A stretch of DNA of 64,000 nt from Chiloscyllium plagiosum (lineage: Eukaryota). How positions within the stretch are numbered: position 1 is the stretch's first letter; each line of letters begins with the position of its first letter. The position numbers were made by a program, and so were the translations under genes. The stretch lies in contig NC_057718.1 in assembly GCF_004010195.1 (NCBI RefSeq), positions 103,447,946 through 103,511,945 of the forward strand, given 5' to 3'. A model generated the notes under the pieces. The model made no database searches and had not been told where the DNA came from. It saw only the letters and a program-made list of their open reading frames with translations. Of this stretch, positions 49,457-62,021 are shown in pieces.

Positions 49457-49685
49457 TATTCATTCACAGGATGAGGGTACCGCTGAGCATTTATTGCCCA
49501 TCCCTAACTGCTCAAATGGGTAGCTAAGAGTCAACCACATTGCTGTGGGTCTGGAGTCACATGTAGGCCAGACTGGGTAAGGATGGCTGATTTTCATCCC
49601 AAAAGGACATTATTGAACCAGATGGGGTTTTTCCGACAATCAACAATGGTTTCATGGTCATTAATAGATTCCGACCTCCAGATTT
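49457..49685 (-). mobile_element. SINE family S2 fragment
   Basis: aagagtcaaccacattgctgtgggtctggagtcacatgtaggccagac. Confidence 0.8.
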
Positions 49686-51372
49686 CTGCTGAAACTTTGC
49701 GTGAGTGTTGGAGTGAATGAATGTTTAATGTGGTGGATGGGGTGTCAATCATGGCCCAGTGGTAACAAGCACATTTACACACCAATGTGAAAACTAGCCA
49801 CTGGGGTCAATTCCTAGAGGACACTGATTGGAATTCCAGAAAGAATATCACAGTTTTAAGAAAAATAAGGTAATGTAGGATTTCAGAATAAAGATGCACA
49901 TCCTTACTCTTAATGAGCTATTAATACTCTCACTCTTTAATTCAGGAATGAAGGAGTTATTGCAAATGTTCCAACCTTATTTCTCAAATGCATCACATTC
50001 ACAGCTCAACACAAATGGATATTTCAGAAGCTGTTTAGCACCTAGTCAATTCTACGATTTGTATGCTATTAGATTAATACCATCTCATTATGCTTTTGGC
50101 AGTGTACAGCTTCTGACACACAGACACAATCAATTCAATTACAGACTTTCAGCATCAAAAAAAAACAAACGAGCAGATACTGATATAGCCAATTACCAAT
50201 CATAAATGAATTACAGGAGGCACCACATAGCGTGGATAATGGAGGGATTCAGCATGAATTAGCACTGTTCTTTGGATTTCGTGACTATCTAAACTGAAGT
50301 TGTCCACAGATTATAAAACCTGCAATAACATTAAACCTCACTGCTATAAATTTGTCCTAAAGCAATACTCCAGACACTGACAATCTGAAATAAAACAAAT
50401 AAAATGCTGGAAATGCTTAGCAGGTCTGGCAGCATCAATGGAGAGAAACAGCTAATGTTTCAGATGTCTGTGGCCTTTTGTCCAATGAATGAAACAAATT
50501 GTATAATCTAAGAGTGAAGATTCTGTTTGTGAAATCAACAAGTTAATTTGGCCTGAAAGCTTCTGAACTGACCGAGCAAAGAAGGAAAGACAAATTGCAA
50601 CACAAACATTTTATTGCAAAAGTTGCAGTATTTTCAAATATGTTGCAAGAAACAGGTACACACTAACAATGCAAACAGACTTGAGGGGAAGTTTGTCACT
50701 GTTCACAGAACACTTTGGTTCAAACTTTTTTTGGAAACCCATCTCCTACTTTGACATCACTTATATTTTAAAACTTGGCAATATTTTCCAAGTCAATAGA
50801 CAATAAAACTGGTGCATTGAAAAATCAGCCTCTGGTTTTCTTTGACTGTCTTTCATGACGCTGGCTTGGATCAATTTCACAGCCAGAGTAATTATTTTTC
50901 CAAAACAATACTGTTCTAGAGTATTTTTATGTATACATTAACTAGCTGAATGTATGCTTGTGCAGAGCAACATGATTTAGGAAGTTAAGTAGTAATTAAG
51001 GGTTTTGCAAAGATCTGTAGCTCGGGTGAGGTAGTTGGTTAGCTCGCCGAGTTGCTAGGTTATCGTACAGAAATTTCGTTACCATGCTGGGTAATTTGGT
51101 TTGACTTCTAAGGAACACTCAGTCTCAAAATTAGATCCTTTTAGATCATCCTGTTGGAGTTCATGTTCTCTACTTGATTTCTGCACCTCGTGCTTTCATA
51201 TCTCCATTTTTCCGTGTCTGCAATGGCGTTTCTCCTCTCCACTATTTCTAATAAGAATCCTGTGAAGGAGAGTGATTTTGCAGCCCTGTCTGGTATTTGC
51301 AGAGCTCCAGACTGCACGAACACGTGAATAGTACATTTTTAGAAGATGTGTCAGGTCAAAGATGGCAGCTTG

Positions 51373-51459
51373 TGATTAATGGCTGCCTCATCCAGTGCCC
51401 TGACAAACATAGCTATCATCCATTGCCAATCAGCAGATGCAGGCTCATTCGCCCTGTCA
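51373..51459. promoter_or_regulatory. Pbx-Hox site plus nearby Meis site (candidate enhancer)
   Basis: TGATTAATGG at 51373-51382 and CTGTCA at 51454-51459 in repeat-free DNA. Confidence 0.35.
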
Positions 51460-53566
51460 GCTTGACATATTATTCAAACGACAATGGGTATTAACGTTCA
51501 ATTATCTGTCCTAGAAGTAACCTCATGTTTCCTTTTCTGAAACTGTGGAATTATATGCACTACCACAGCAGTGATCCCAGGGACTGGACAGATACTTCCC
51601 ATGAAAGCCAAATAGGTAGGGACTGCCTGCAATTAGGTCTGTGCCATATTTGATGTAGGAGAGCTGACCAACATCATCCCTAATGTACCAAAGGCACACA
51701 GCGCTCGCCTGTCACTGCATTCTTGTGTGTAACAGCGTTTGTAGTTATAGTGGAAATGATCTGTACATGTCACATCTGGGCTTTCTGATCACAGAACGGA
51801 TGGGATTTGGTTTGAATTTGCAAACCTATCTGCCTCACTGTTAAAGTGCACTGTTAGTTCCCCACCCCCTCAGATCAGGCAGTGATGCCTGTTGCTGTTG
51901 GTCTTGTAATGTCTGATTGAGCCATTACGTGAAGGTTATCAGTGCCTGCAAACTCTCCACACGCAGCTGCTAATGAAAGAGGGGCAACAGTATGATAACC
52001 AGCGCTGGTTTGCAGATAAACCTCTTTCTCACAATCTCTTGTTTACTTTGCACACTGCACCAGCAACAATTCTCAAAATCTCTGCGTAAAACAATCAGTC
52101 AGGAAAGATAAGCCACGTTCTTAGTCCCCAAAAAAATCATGTCTTTGGAAATACGCCAATAATCATGGTTCAGAATATTAATTATGAACACTGAACAGCT
52201 AATGTACAAGAAAATTAATTCCAGGTATTTGATGGAATAATTTCTACTACAGATAAATGTCGACATTTCATTACCTCAACAGGATATCCTAAGGTTGTTG
52301 GCAATCTATGAACTAGTAAAAGATATCCATGTTAACTTTAAACAAACTTTTCTCTTTGCTAAATCTGTTCATTTTGCCAAAGGCCTTAAATTATTACTTG
52401 AAGAGTTAACTAGTTAAATACAAACCAGGTCTTGGCTTGGTAGCTATAATTTACAATATGCATTTGCCTTTCCTACTGGGGCTGCGTAATTGAAGCCAGC
52501 CAGAAACACCTCAGCCGGTTCCCTTGATCAAATCATTTGTTGTCTATTTCTTTTCTGAATCGATCTTCTTTGATAATTCAACCCTGCAGTTTATTCAATC
52601 GGCTTATGAAGGTGGAAATGATGAATGTTGCTTAGTGCCAGCAGGTTTGGGTCCACGGTGAATAGACCCAGAGGAGCTCCTTATACAATGTCCCAGGGGC
52701 CTGTCAGCCTTGTAATTGATGATGTTTTCACTGTAAGCTATGGGACTGGGATGCACTAGGGCCCAATGGGGAGCTAAACTGTATGAATTGACTCAGCTGT
52801 GCCTTTTTCTGGTGACTCCTGTAAGTATAAACTCATTAATTCCAACTGCTCTTTCATTTTTTTTGTTGAAAGGGGACATATTATCGCTGTGCATATAAAA
52901 TGTTGGCAAATTTTAAGCCAGCGCACTAATGAGGTTTAGTGACTGGACTAATTTGAACTACTAAAGACCTTTATTCAGGAAAATATTGTGGCAAAACTTT
53001 GAACAAATAAAAGTTAACAGGACCTGTTGGTAAAACCGGTAAACATTCCTCCTCTTTTCTGTCATGAAAATAATTGTGCGGCGTGCTTTAGAATTCATCA
53101 CAAAGAACAACAAAATTAATGTCCCCAAAGTCACGTCCATTTTTTTACACTCGGGAAACACATTTTTCAAAATTTAAACTGGATTGTATTCGGGTTTGTG
53201 GCCAATTATTTTTATAGTTGAGTAAAATTCAGGTAAAGAAGCTGAACATGGCAAAAAAACCAGGAGCAGCCCTGTAAGACGAAGGTGGCGTCCAGGCAGT
53301 ATAAGATACCGACTCTCTGCCAAGTCGGTGGCAACATGCCTTGCCCAGGTTGCTACGGGTGACCACTTGGGGCTCAAGCAATAAACATCCAACGACTAAT
53401 GACTTCAGGAGTCTGGGTGACCTTTGACTCCCAATGGCCTGGACAGTTTGACAAACGATCCAGGACGGTGAGGGGGTGGGGGAAGGAGAGGGTGAGGGCA
53501 ACAAAGTCAAAGAAGCAACTTGTCCGTCAGTCTCACAAGCAAGTAGCATCTGTTGGCAGGGGACCA

Positions 53567-53585
53567 TGGCTACGAGGGGGCGCCC
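53567..53585 (+). promoter_or_regulatory. CTCF-like motif
   Basis: TGGCTACGAGGGGGCGCCC versus consensus TGGCCACCAGGGGGCGC; CpGs retained. Confidence 0.4.
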
Positions 53586-54509
53586 ACTTGCCAAAACAAC
53601 TGTGTCACGAATTCAATACAAGAGGTGCGATTTGAAGTGAACTGCTCTGTGAACATGGGTGTGATAAATAATCAAGAGTGACCACAGAGGCAAGGACAAT
53701 TAGACTGGCATGTTTCCCATCCTGCATTTCAATTTAGGACACTGTTGGTCAAACACAGGAGCCAATTGGAAAAATGTCTCAAAAATGCAACTTTCACCCA
53801 CTGGTCAATGGAGTTACAAACTTCCCTCCAAGGTAGTCAGAGACCCCAGGAAATGGCACCCTCAGTAGGTATCTTGTGCAAACTCAATGACCATCATTTC
53901 CAACACACAGCAACAAGGCGGCTTCTGGTTGCATTAACAAGACACAGAGCTGTCCATCGCTCAACAATAGTTTTCGTCGTGGTGCATGGTCACCATAGCA
54001 ATGGAAGTGGATGTGAATGGCTGAAAGGTTTCTGTACTCTCAGGTACACAGCACGGGCTTGCCAATCTCCCTGCTTGAGCAAATGCAGCATCTCTGTTCA
54101 ATCTATTGTGATTCAGCAAATCACTTCTCCACGAGAAAGCTCAACAAAAATACTCTGCACTTCAATGGTATGGGTTTTGAAGAACTGCTTTGGGCAATAC
54201 ATCCACAGGTTCACGTCTGGTTCATAAGAGATCCACCTGAACAGCTGCACATCTTCAATTCCTGCTCCTCGAGGTAACTTGAGTGAAATTATATCCTCCA
54301 CTGATTGATCTACAGGCTAAGAATGAGACAAGCCTTTCAAGAACATCGCCCGCTTCTTACATAAAATGCACAATGCCATGCAAATACGTCTTTCACAATG
54401 ACACTGAAAATACACCCAATCTATTAGATCTTTATTTTGGTGACTATCAACGTGACCACAGCTGTTAGATGTCCCAGAATACAGAGATACAATCAAGCAT
54501 TGACTTTTC

Positions 54510-54850
54510 TTTCATCCACAGCTTGTGGGTAACACTGGCTGGGCCAGCATCTATTGCCCATCCCTATAAGCCCAGAGATCAGTTAAGAATCAACCATATT
54601 GCTGTGGGTCTAGAGTCATTCATAAGCCAGACCAGGTAAGGATAGCAGTTTCCTTCCCTGAAGGAGATTAGTGAACCAGACATTATTTTTCCTCCTAGCA
54701 TTCAACAATGGTCATCATTAGAAAACTAATTCCAGATTGCTAATTTAAGTTTCACCATCTGCCATCGTGTGATTTGAACCAAGTGCCCAGAACATCACCA
54801 GGTCTCTGGATTAATAATCTCACGATAATACCATTAGGTTACTGTCATCT
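54510..54850 (-). mobile_element. SINE family S2
   Basis: Reverse complement of the 58252-58570 type. Confidence 0.8.
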
Positions 54851-55560
54851 CACTTCCACCTGGATTGACAAGTTGACCATATCTTGGAATTGGATCACCA
54901 TTAAAGGCATGGATCTAAAACCTGAGAACCTCCATAGTCTCAATGAGAAAACACAACCAGAGAAAGTGAAGGAGAGAAATGAAACAAACATGAAAAAAGA
55001 ATCATCATGTTTGTTTGGAGAGACAGTTCCTGCTGTGCTCAAGACATGTCAATCATGTCTATGGTTTCGTGAGAGTTAAAGATCTTTCATTACAGGGTCC
55101 AATGGCTGGTCTCCCTGGTGGTGACACATGTACAGTTGTGTGAGGATTGTATTTGGGCACATTCTTCTCACTAACAGTAAAACATCCAACAGCAGAGTCT
55201 ACCCTACCAGCTTCATCCTAAAGCTGCCTTGTAAACCTGTTAAAGGTTTCAAGATGGAAAGCCTTATTACGGTTACTGATTAAACAGAGTTTGCCATAAC
55301 ATTTGGCCAAACATATTGCAAACATGGGTGCAGGAGTAGGCCATTCAGTGCCTGAGCCTGGTCCTGCCGTTTAATATGGTCATGACTGATCATGGTGTCA
55401 ACTCCAGCTTCTCACCAACCTCCCAGTAATCATGGACTGACTTCATCAAACACAAATCAATCTACTTCTTTCTTAAAATTATTTAATGAGCAGAGCTAAA
55501 CTGGACCAGCCATATAAATACAATGGATACAAGAGCAAGTCAGAGACGAGGATTACTGTG

Positions 55561-55771
55561 AGAAAGTGAGGACTGCAGATGCTGGAGATCAGAGCTGAAA
55601 AATGTGTTGCTGGAAAAGCGCAGCAAGTCAGGCAGCATCCAAGAAGCAGGAGAATTGACGTTTCGGGCATAAGCCCCTCTTCAGGAAGAAGGGCTTATGC
55701 CCGAAACATCGATTCTCCTGCTCCTTGGATGCTGCCTGACCTGCTGCGCTTTTCCAGCAACACATTTTTCA
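55561..55771. mobile_element. Penelope-like family A fold-back mini-element
   Basis: Inverted arms meeting at the hammerhead region; perfect 15-bp TSD acgaggattactgtg at 55546-55560 and 55772-55786. Confidence 0.9.
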
Positions 55772-55786
55772 ACGAGGATTACTGTG

Positions 55787-56310
55787 GTAAGTAACTCACT
55801 TCCTGACTCCCCAATGCCTACCCACCATCTACAGACACAAGTCAGGAGTGAGATGGAATACTCCCCACTTGCCCTGGATGGGGGAAGCTCCAACAACACT
55901 CAAGAAGCTCGACACCATCCAGGACAATGCAGCTCACTTGACTGGTGCCACATCCACAAACTTCAACATTCACTCCCTCTACCACTAACGCTCAGTAGCA
56001 GCAGCGTGTACTGTTCTATAAGATGCACAGAAGTAAGTCACCAAGGCTTCGAGAACAACACCTTCCAAACCCGCATCCTCTACTGACTGGAAAGACAAGA
56101 GCAACAGACACATGAGAACATGAAGACTTCCCTCCAACCCATCCTTCACTGCCACTGGGTCAAAATCCTGGAATTCCCTCCCTGACAATGTTGAGGGTCT
56201 ATCGGCAGCCCGTGGACTACAGCCCACCACTACCTTCTCAAGGGGCAATTAAAGATAGGCAATAAATACTGGCCCAGCCAGGAACACCCATACCCCACGT
56301 ACAAACAAAT
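55787..56310 (+). mobile_element. Non-LTR LINE 3' region (Crack/Daphne-like); 5' part starts ~55500 before the PLE insertion
   Basis: QVRSEMEYSPLA; tail ggcaattaaagataggcaataaatactggc. Confidence 0.75.
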
Positions 56311-56439
56311 AATAAATAACCAGGGGTTTGACAAACCTTTTAAAAGGAAAATTAAAACCACTTTATTTATGGATAGAATGTGGGGTTGCACTTACTAGTT
56401 AACATTCAGAATGCATGTTTAAAGCTTTACAGAATGCAA

Positions 56440-56805
56440 AAGGGGTTTAAGGCACAAGCCAGACCTCATTGGTGATTTCACTAAAAGTTAGAAAGCTGTT
56501 AAAAGGATGGACAGTGTAGATGTAAACAGGATGTTTCCTCTGGCTCTGCAGTCTAGAACAAGGGCATAGAGTCTCAATATAAAAGACAAGCCTTTTCAGA
56601 TTGTGATGAGGAATAACTTCTTCATACAAACGATGGAATTTTCCACCGCAATTCAATCATTAAGCCGGTTTAAGACAAAGTCTGATTGGTTTCTTCTTGC
56701 TCTTGACATCAATGGATATAGAAATTGTGCAGGAATTTGGCGTTGATGAAAGCCATTATAGAATGATGGAGCAATCATGAGGGGCTGAATGGCCTACTCC
56801 TATGC
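56440..56805 (+). mobile_element. Decayed CR1 3' end
   Basis: MFPLALQSRTRGHSL remnant and 3' UTR gggctgaatggcctactcct. Confidence 0.65.
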
Positions 56806-58251
56806 AGGTTCAGAGTGAAAGTGTCTTTATTATGCAATTTGCTTTGAAACAGTGAGTGTAGTTATAAAATAAACAGAGCTCTCTCCCCATTAATTAGTCA
56901 GGCGTAAATATGATCAAAAGGTGATCCAGGGGAGTTACACATGTTGGTAAAAAGCTGAGAAGTGGGGAATACCTAACAAGGTAGGAAGGTAGCATCAAGT
57001 GATTTCTTCTTTTTCAGGCAAAGAAGGGTCTGGGAAAAGTTGTCCTGAAGCTAAATGCAGCAGAAATAACTAGATAAAGGAGTTATAGTAAAAACAGGCG
57101 CTAACGGCAATGGGATTAACGTGTGAAGAGAGAAAGAATTTGTGAGAAGGTGGGGCAGCGAGGTAAGGATCGAATACGAAACCACGGGTCGGTTCTGCTT
57201 AAAGGCTTTTCTGCTCCACTTAAACATTCCTCTGCTCCAACATGTTTGAGACTACCTACTGCAAGTCTAGAAGAGAACAGGGGCTGAATAAGAATTGCTT
57301 CAGGAATAAGCTGAAACATGCAGTAGGCAGCTGAAACTGGCAGTGACACTGAGGTCTCTTAACTCTAACTACAGGCTCATAAACGGGAAACTCAAAGTAT
57401 CAAAATTGAACTTCCTGAATTCCCCAAAATATCCAAAAATTGGATCCAACCTAGTAACTGTAACAGCTTAACTAATAAATTCTAAAAAAATGATAATCTG
57501 TTTAGCTTGATATTGAAAACATTGTTATGTGCAAATTGTAAAGTGTCTTAATTTACAGTACATTAATGAAATAATAATTTATCTGAATTTACTAACAACC
57601 TGTTAAATTATAATCTAGCCCTTGAGTATTCACTCAATTCTGTTGCATGCAATCATTTTTCACATCCAGAATTAGTATTTTGAGAAATGCTTTTATTATT
57701 TGCTTCACACCTATGTCATGATACATAATAAATTATAGTCATTAGCAAATTACTGCTCAAAATAGCCAGACCAACCTTTTCCCACTTGCCGGAAAATGCC
57801 CAGTATTGCTTCCAATCAGCTCCTTCTTATAAGAGCGCAGAAAATGTAACACTAAATATTTGTCAAGCCATTCCTGATGCTGTAAAGCAGGAGTTTTTAA
57901 AAATTCACTTGTGGGACATGGGTGTCGCTGGCCGGCCAGCATTTATTGCCCATGCCAACTGTCCTTGGAGGAGTGCTCGACTCTAAACCTGTTCGAACCG
58001 ATTCACAGCTGTGCTAATACACAGACTTTCCCTAAGACGCAGGAACATAGGGAGACAAGGGGGCTCTTTAACCCCTTCTGTCTGTTCTGCCTTTCAATGA
58101 GACCATGGCAGCTGTGTGACCTCACTCCCCATACCATCTTTTTTCTGTTCCCCTTTAAAATCTCTGCCCATCTCAGTTTTAGGAATAACACTTAATTTGG
58201 TATAAAGGCACCATTTGAGGAAGAGAGTTCCAATTTCTCTCTATTTCCAGA

Positions 58252-58570
58252 TGGGGAGGCAATGACCTGCTGGTATTATCACTAGACTATTAATCCAGAG
58301 ACCCAGGAATGATCCAGGGACATAGGTTCAATCCTGCCATGGCAGACAGGGCAATTTGAAAATCTGGAATTAAGTTTCCAATGATGATCATGAAACTGCT
58401 GTTGATTGTTGAGAAAATCTCATCTGATGCAATCCTCACCTGGTCTGGTCTAGTCTACATGTAACTCCAGACCCACAACAGCGTGGTTGACTCTCAACTG
58501 CCCTCTTGGCAATTAGGGATGGGCAATAAATGTTGGTGCAGCCAGTGATACCCACAATCCATGAATGAAT
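58252..58570 (+). mobile_element. tRNA-derived SINE family S2, full length
   Basis: Head, B-box ggttcaatcc, body and atgaatgaat tail. Confidence 0.8.
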
Positions 58571-58769
58571 ACACAGCAAATTAGAGTCTCCCTCCTGGTT
58601 CTAAGCTCCCCAAAACAACAGAACCAGTTTCTGTGTCCTGATAACATATGCCCCCCCTTGTGTAATTTAACACAGATATCATGAATTTCTACTGCGCTGC
58701 TTCCAAAATTGAAATTAGAGACAATACCAGTTCCAGTGGGACTGTTTTGGAAAAGAATCATCTCTGGAT

Positions 58770-59110
58770 AGGATAAACAGACAAAGTATTTTCCTTGGGG
58801 TCGGGGAGTCCAGAACTAGAGGGCATAGGTTTAGGGTGAGAGGGGAAAGATATAAAAGAGACCTAAGGGGCAACGTTTTCACACAGAGGGTGGTACGTGT
58901 ATGGAATGAGCTGCCAGAGGATGTGGTGGAGGCTAATACAATTGCAACATTTAAGAGGCATTTGGATGGGTATATGAATAGGAAGGGTTTGGAGGGATAT
59001 GGGCCGGGTGCTGGCAGGTGGGACTAGATTAGGTTGGGATATCTGGTCAGCATGGACGGGTTGGACCGAAGGGTCTGTTTCCATGCTGTACATCTCCGTG
59101 ACTCTATGTT
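58770..59110 (+). mobile_element. Young CR1 (HER1-like) 3' end
   Basis: RGERYKRDLRGNVFTQRVVRVWNELPEDVVEANTIATFKRHLDGYMNRKGLEGYGPGAGRWD*. Confidence 0.92.
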
Positions 59111-59244
59111 CTTTACATGGTCTCATGGTCAAGGAATTGCATCAGTAACTCGAGGGAGTGAAGCTAACTTGAAGAAGTAAACAAAGCTAAAAAGATATCA
59201 AGAGGAACAAGGCTGGCTTGGTGCCAATTGATTAGGGATTTCTT

Positions 59245-59790
59245 TTATACATTCAGGGTATGGACACCAGTAGCCATTGACCAGTATTTATTGTCCAATC
59301 CCATTTCCTGGGGGTGTTGGCAGTGAGCCACCTTCGTGAATTGCAGGAACATTCCGTGCTTTAAGGCAGGAAATTCCAAAATTTTCACCCGGTGACGCTG
59401 AAGGAGCAGTGATATATTTTTCCAAAGCAGGATGATGCATGGTTCAGAGGGAACTTGCTGGGGATGGTGCTCCCATGTATCTACTGTCCTTGACCTTCTC
59501 GATGGAAGTGGTCCTGGGTTTGGAAAGTGCTGGCTGAGGACCTGAGTTTCTGCAGTGCATCTTGTAGATGGTACACACTGCTGCTGCTGAGAGTCAGTGG
59601 TGGAGGGAGTGGATGCTTGTGGCTGTGGCGCCAATCAAGCGGCTGTTTTGTCCTGGATGGTGCCAGGAGTGTTGTTGGAGCTGCCCCCATCCAGGGCAAG
59701 TGGGGAGTATTCCATCGGACTCCTGACTTGAGCCTTGGACATGATGGACAGACAGTGAGCAGTCATGAAGATGTGAGGCATGTTACTCGA
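59245..59790 (-). mobile_element. Non-LTR LINE 3' region (Crack/Daphne-like)
   Basis: KAQVRSPMEYSPLA; TIQDKTAA. Confidence 0.75.
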
Positions 59791-61699
59791 TGTTAGCACC
59801 GACACACATGTAAATAGTTCCATGAACTTTCATCCAGTCGAATGTCTGGAGACACACTCAAACTTTATCAGGCATTTCTATTCAAGTGCCAATATTCGAC
59901 TGAAAGAAATCATAACATCTGATTTTCCAAATGCCATATGACCATGCTAAACAGATTGCCCTCTGATGGAGTTCAGCAATTTTCAACAGAGTTGAATGGG
60001 TCAAATGTTTAGAATGTTCACAAAAGAACAGTAAATGAATCAGTAAAAGGACTTAGGCAATTTGACACAGGCATACAAATATCTATATATAAATTTGTCT
60101 TGATTCTGATATATTAAAACAGATCCACAAATTTCTATTTTGCATAAGCAGTGCTAGAAGCAGAGCTTCTGGTAATTACAATGGGTTTGCAGTGTTCAAG
60201 TGAAAAAAAAATTCTGTGGAGGAAAAAAACAGTTCAATGTGTGCCTAGTACTACAAGCATTAATTCTTAGCGAGGTCATATGCAGAACATCTGTCATTCT
60301 GTCTATAGTCTATGAGCCTCAACCAGGCCTCTGCATGGCTATTGATTTTTCTTGCATTTGCCTTAATTTACTTAACCGTCACAAAATCCATCAGTAAGTA
60401 AAGGGCAACTGTCCATTAACATGCCATTTACCGGCATTCTCATTTCTTTCTGTTACGTCCTTTTGGTAAATATTTCTTCTAAACTGTTCTGTGTTTATAG
60501 TGAAGAAATGAATTAAGGATTCACACACCTGTTTCTATTCAGTAACTGCTTTGCAGAGGTACATGTAATGTGCTTAAGGAGAAAATAAATATCTAGACGT
60601 TATTACATCTGTGTGCAAAGGGTGGTAAATTAGATCCTAATTATATTATAAGAGGCATGCAGCTTTTTCAGCTCAGATTTTACATGTGCATTTTACAGAT
60701 CTCAAAAGCTTTACTGTGACTAATTCATGAGGTAGTGTTTTGAGTGCTTTCATATGTGGTTCTCCTGCAGTCTTATTTACAAATAAACCAGGGCACTTTC
60801 TGCAGCCTGTTAGCGTATTACTGCAGTGTTTAAGATGCTTTGAATGAATGCACATGGCAGTAATCAGAAAGCTCTGGCTTTCGCTAATTACTCTATCACA
60901 TAATTTCACAAATTGGCGTTCTTCTGGGGAGCTGTGTGCAAAAAAAAAGGAACAGGGCTCTGAGTGGAAAGTCAGACAGTGCTTCATCCTTACTTCTCGA
61001 TAAATTCAACATGAAAACAGAAAGCAGCATGGGGTGGTAGTGGGGAGGGGGAAGGTTGGGACAGAGGGTGGGGGCAAAAATGGGAGGGAAGCCAGTTCTG
61101 GAAAATTACTTCTGACCAAAAGCAACCACGTGGTACCGCTGTGTTATAAACACTAACTATGTGGGGTTGAATGAGCTCATATTTCCGACATTCACTTTCT
61201 GTCTTAGTGCAGTAGGTTTCACACGTTGGGAGTTGTTATTAAGATAAAAGAGGTGGTTATTGTCACAAATTTGCACCTGCAAGAGGCACACAGGTCTGTC
61301 TTTAGTTGCCACAGATAATCTTAAAAAGAGAAACGTGCCCTGCCAAGGATTGTGGCCGGGTTATAATTTTCAGTTACCTGCTTATTTGGTTTTTACTCAC
61401 ACTGAAGGCATTAGAAAGGAAATCCTGTGTAACAGGTTCTCCCTGATGTACACGACAATCCCCAATGATTTCCGTCCAGCAAATCCACAATGACTTGTTG
61501 CATTTTATCCCAAAAAGGCATCGACTAAATCTCCCTGCATTTTAAGAACTGCTTCATTAATTATATCCTGGAACTCATTCTTGGCACAATATCAAAAGGC
61601 CAATTCCTACAATCCGGAATGATGAGACTTACAGAAATACTCTGGAGTTGTCCAAGGTAGGACCGCAGAGAGAGAGAGAGAGAGAGAGTATGTGTGTTC

Positions 61700-62005
61700 T
61701 TATCCATGGGAATTAGGAGCGCGGGCAGAGGGTGAAGGGGATGGGGGAAATGGACTTAAAGTCATTGGCAGAAAAGAAAATAAGAGATACAGGAGAAAGC
61801 TTCTGCATGGAGTTGCTGTTTGGGGTATGGAATGTGTTGTCTCAAAGTGTGGTGGAGGCAGGGTCAATTGAGGCTTTCAACAAGGAATTAGATAGTTATT
61901 TGACAAGAAACATTATGCAGAGTTACCAGCGCTCAAAGCGATGCCCATTTAGAGAGCTGGCACACACACAATTGGGCAAATTGCCTCCTTCTGCACTGTA
62001 ACAAT
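61700..62005 (+). mobile_element. Decayed CR1 3' end
   Basis: VWNVLSQSVVEAGSIEAFNKELDSYL. Confidence 0.75.
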
Positions 62006-62021
62006 TTCATGGATTTTTAAA

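Noticed and set aside
53745..54227. 160-aa ORF in unique DNA
   Set aside because: Non-ATG start, no recognisable domain, no convincing splice sites
57018..57161. Acceptor/donor-bounded candidate exon
   Set aside because: Stop codons in all three frames
60729..60750. TGAGGTAGT let-7-like seed (also near 51028)
   Set aside because: Only the first 9 nt match and no star-arm hairpin is visible; the second case lies in a PLE fragment
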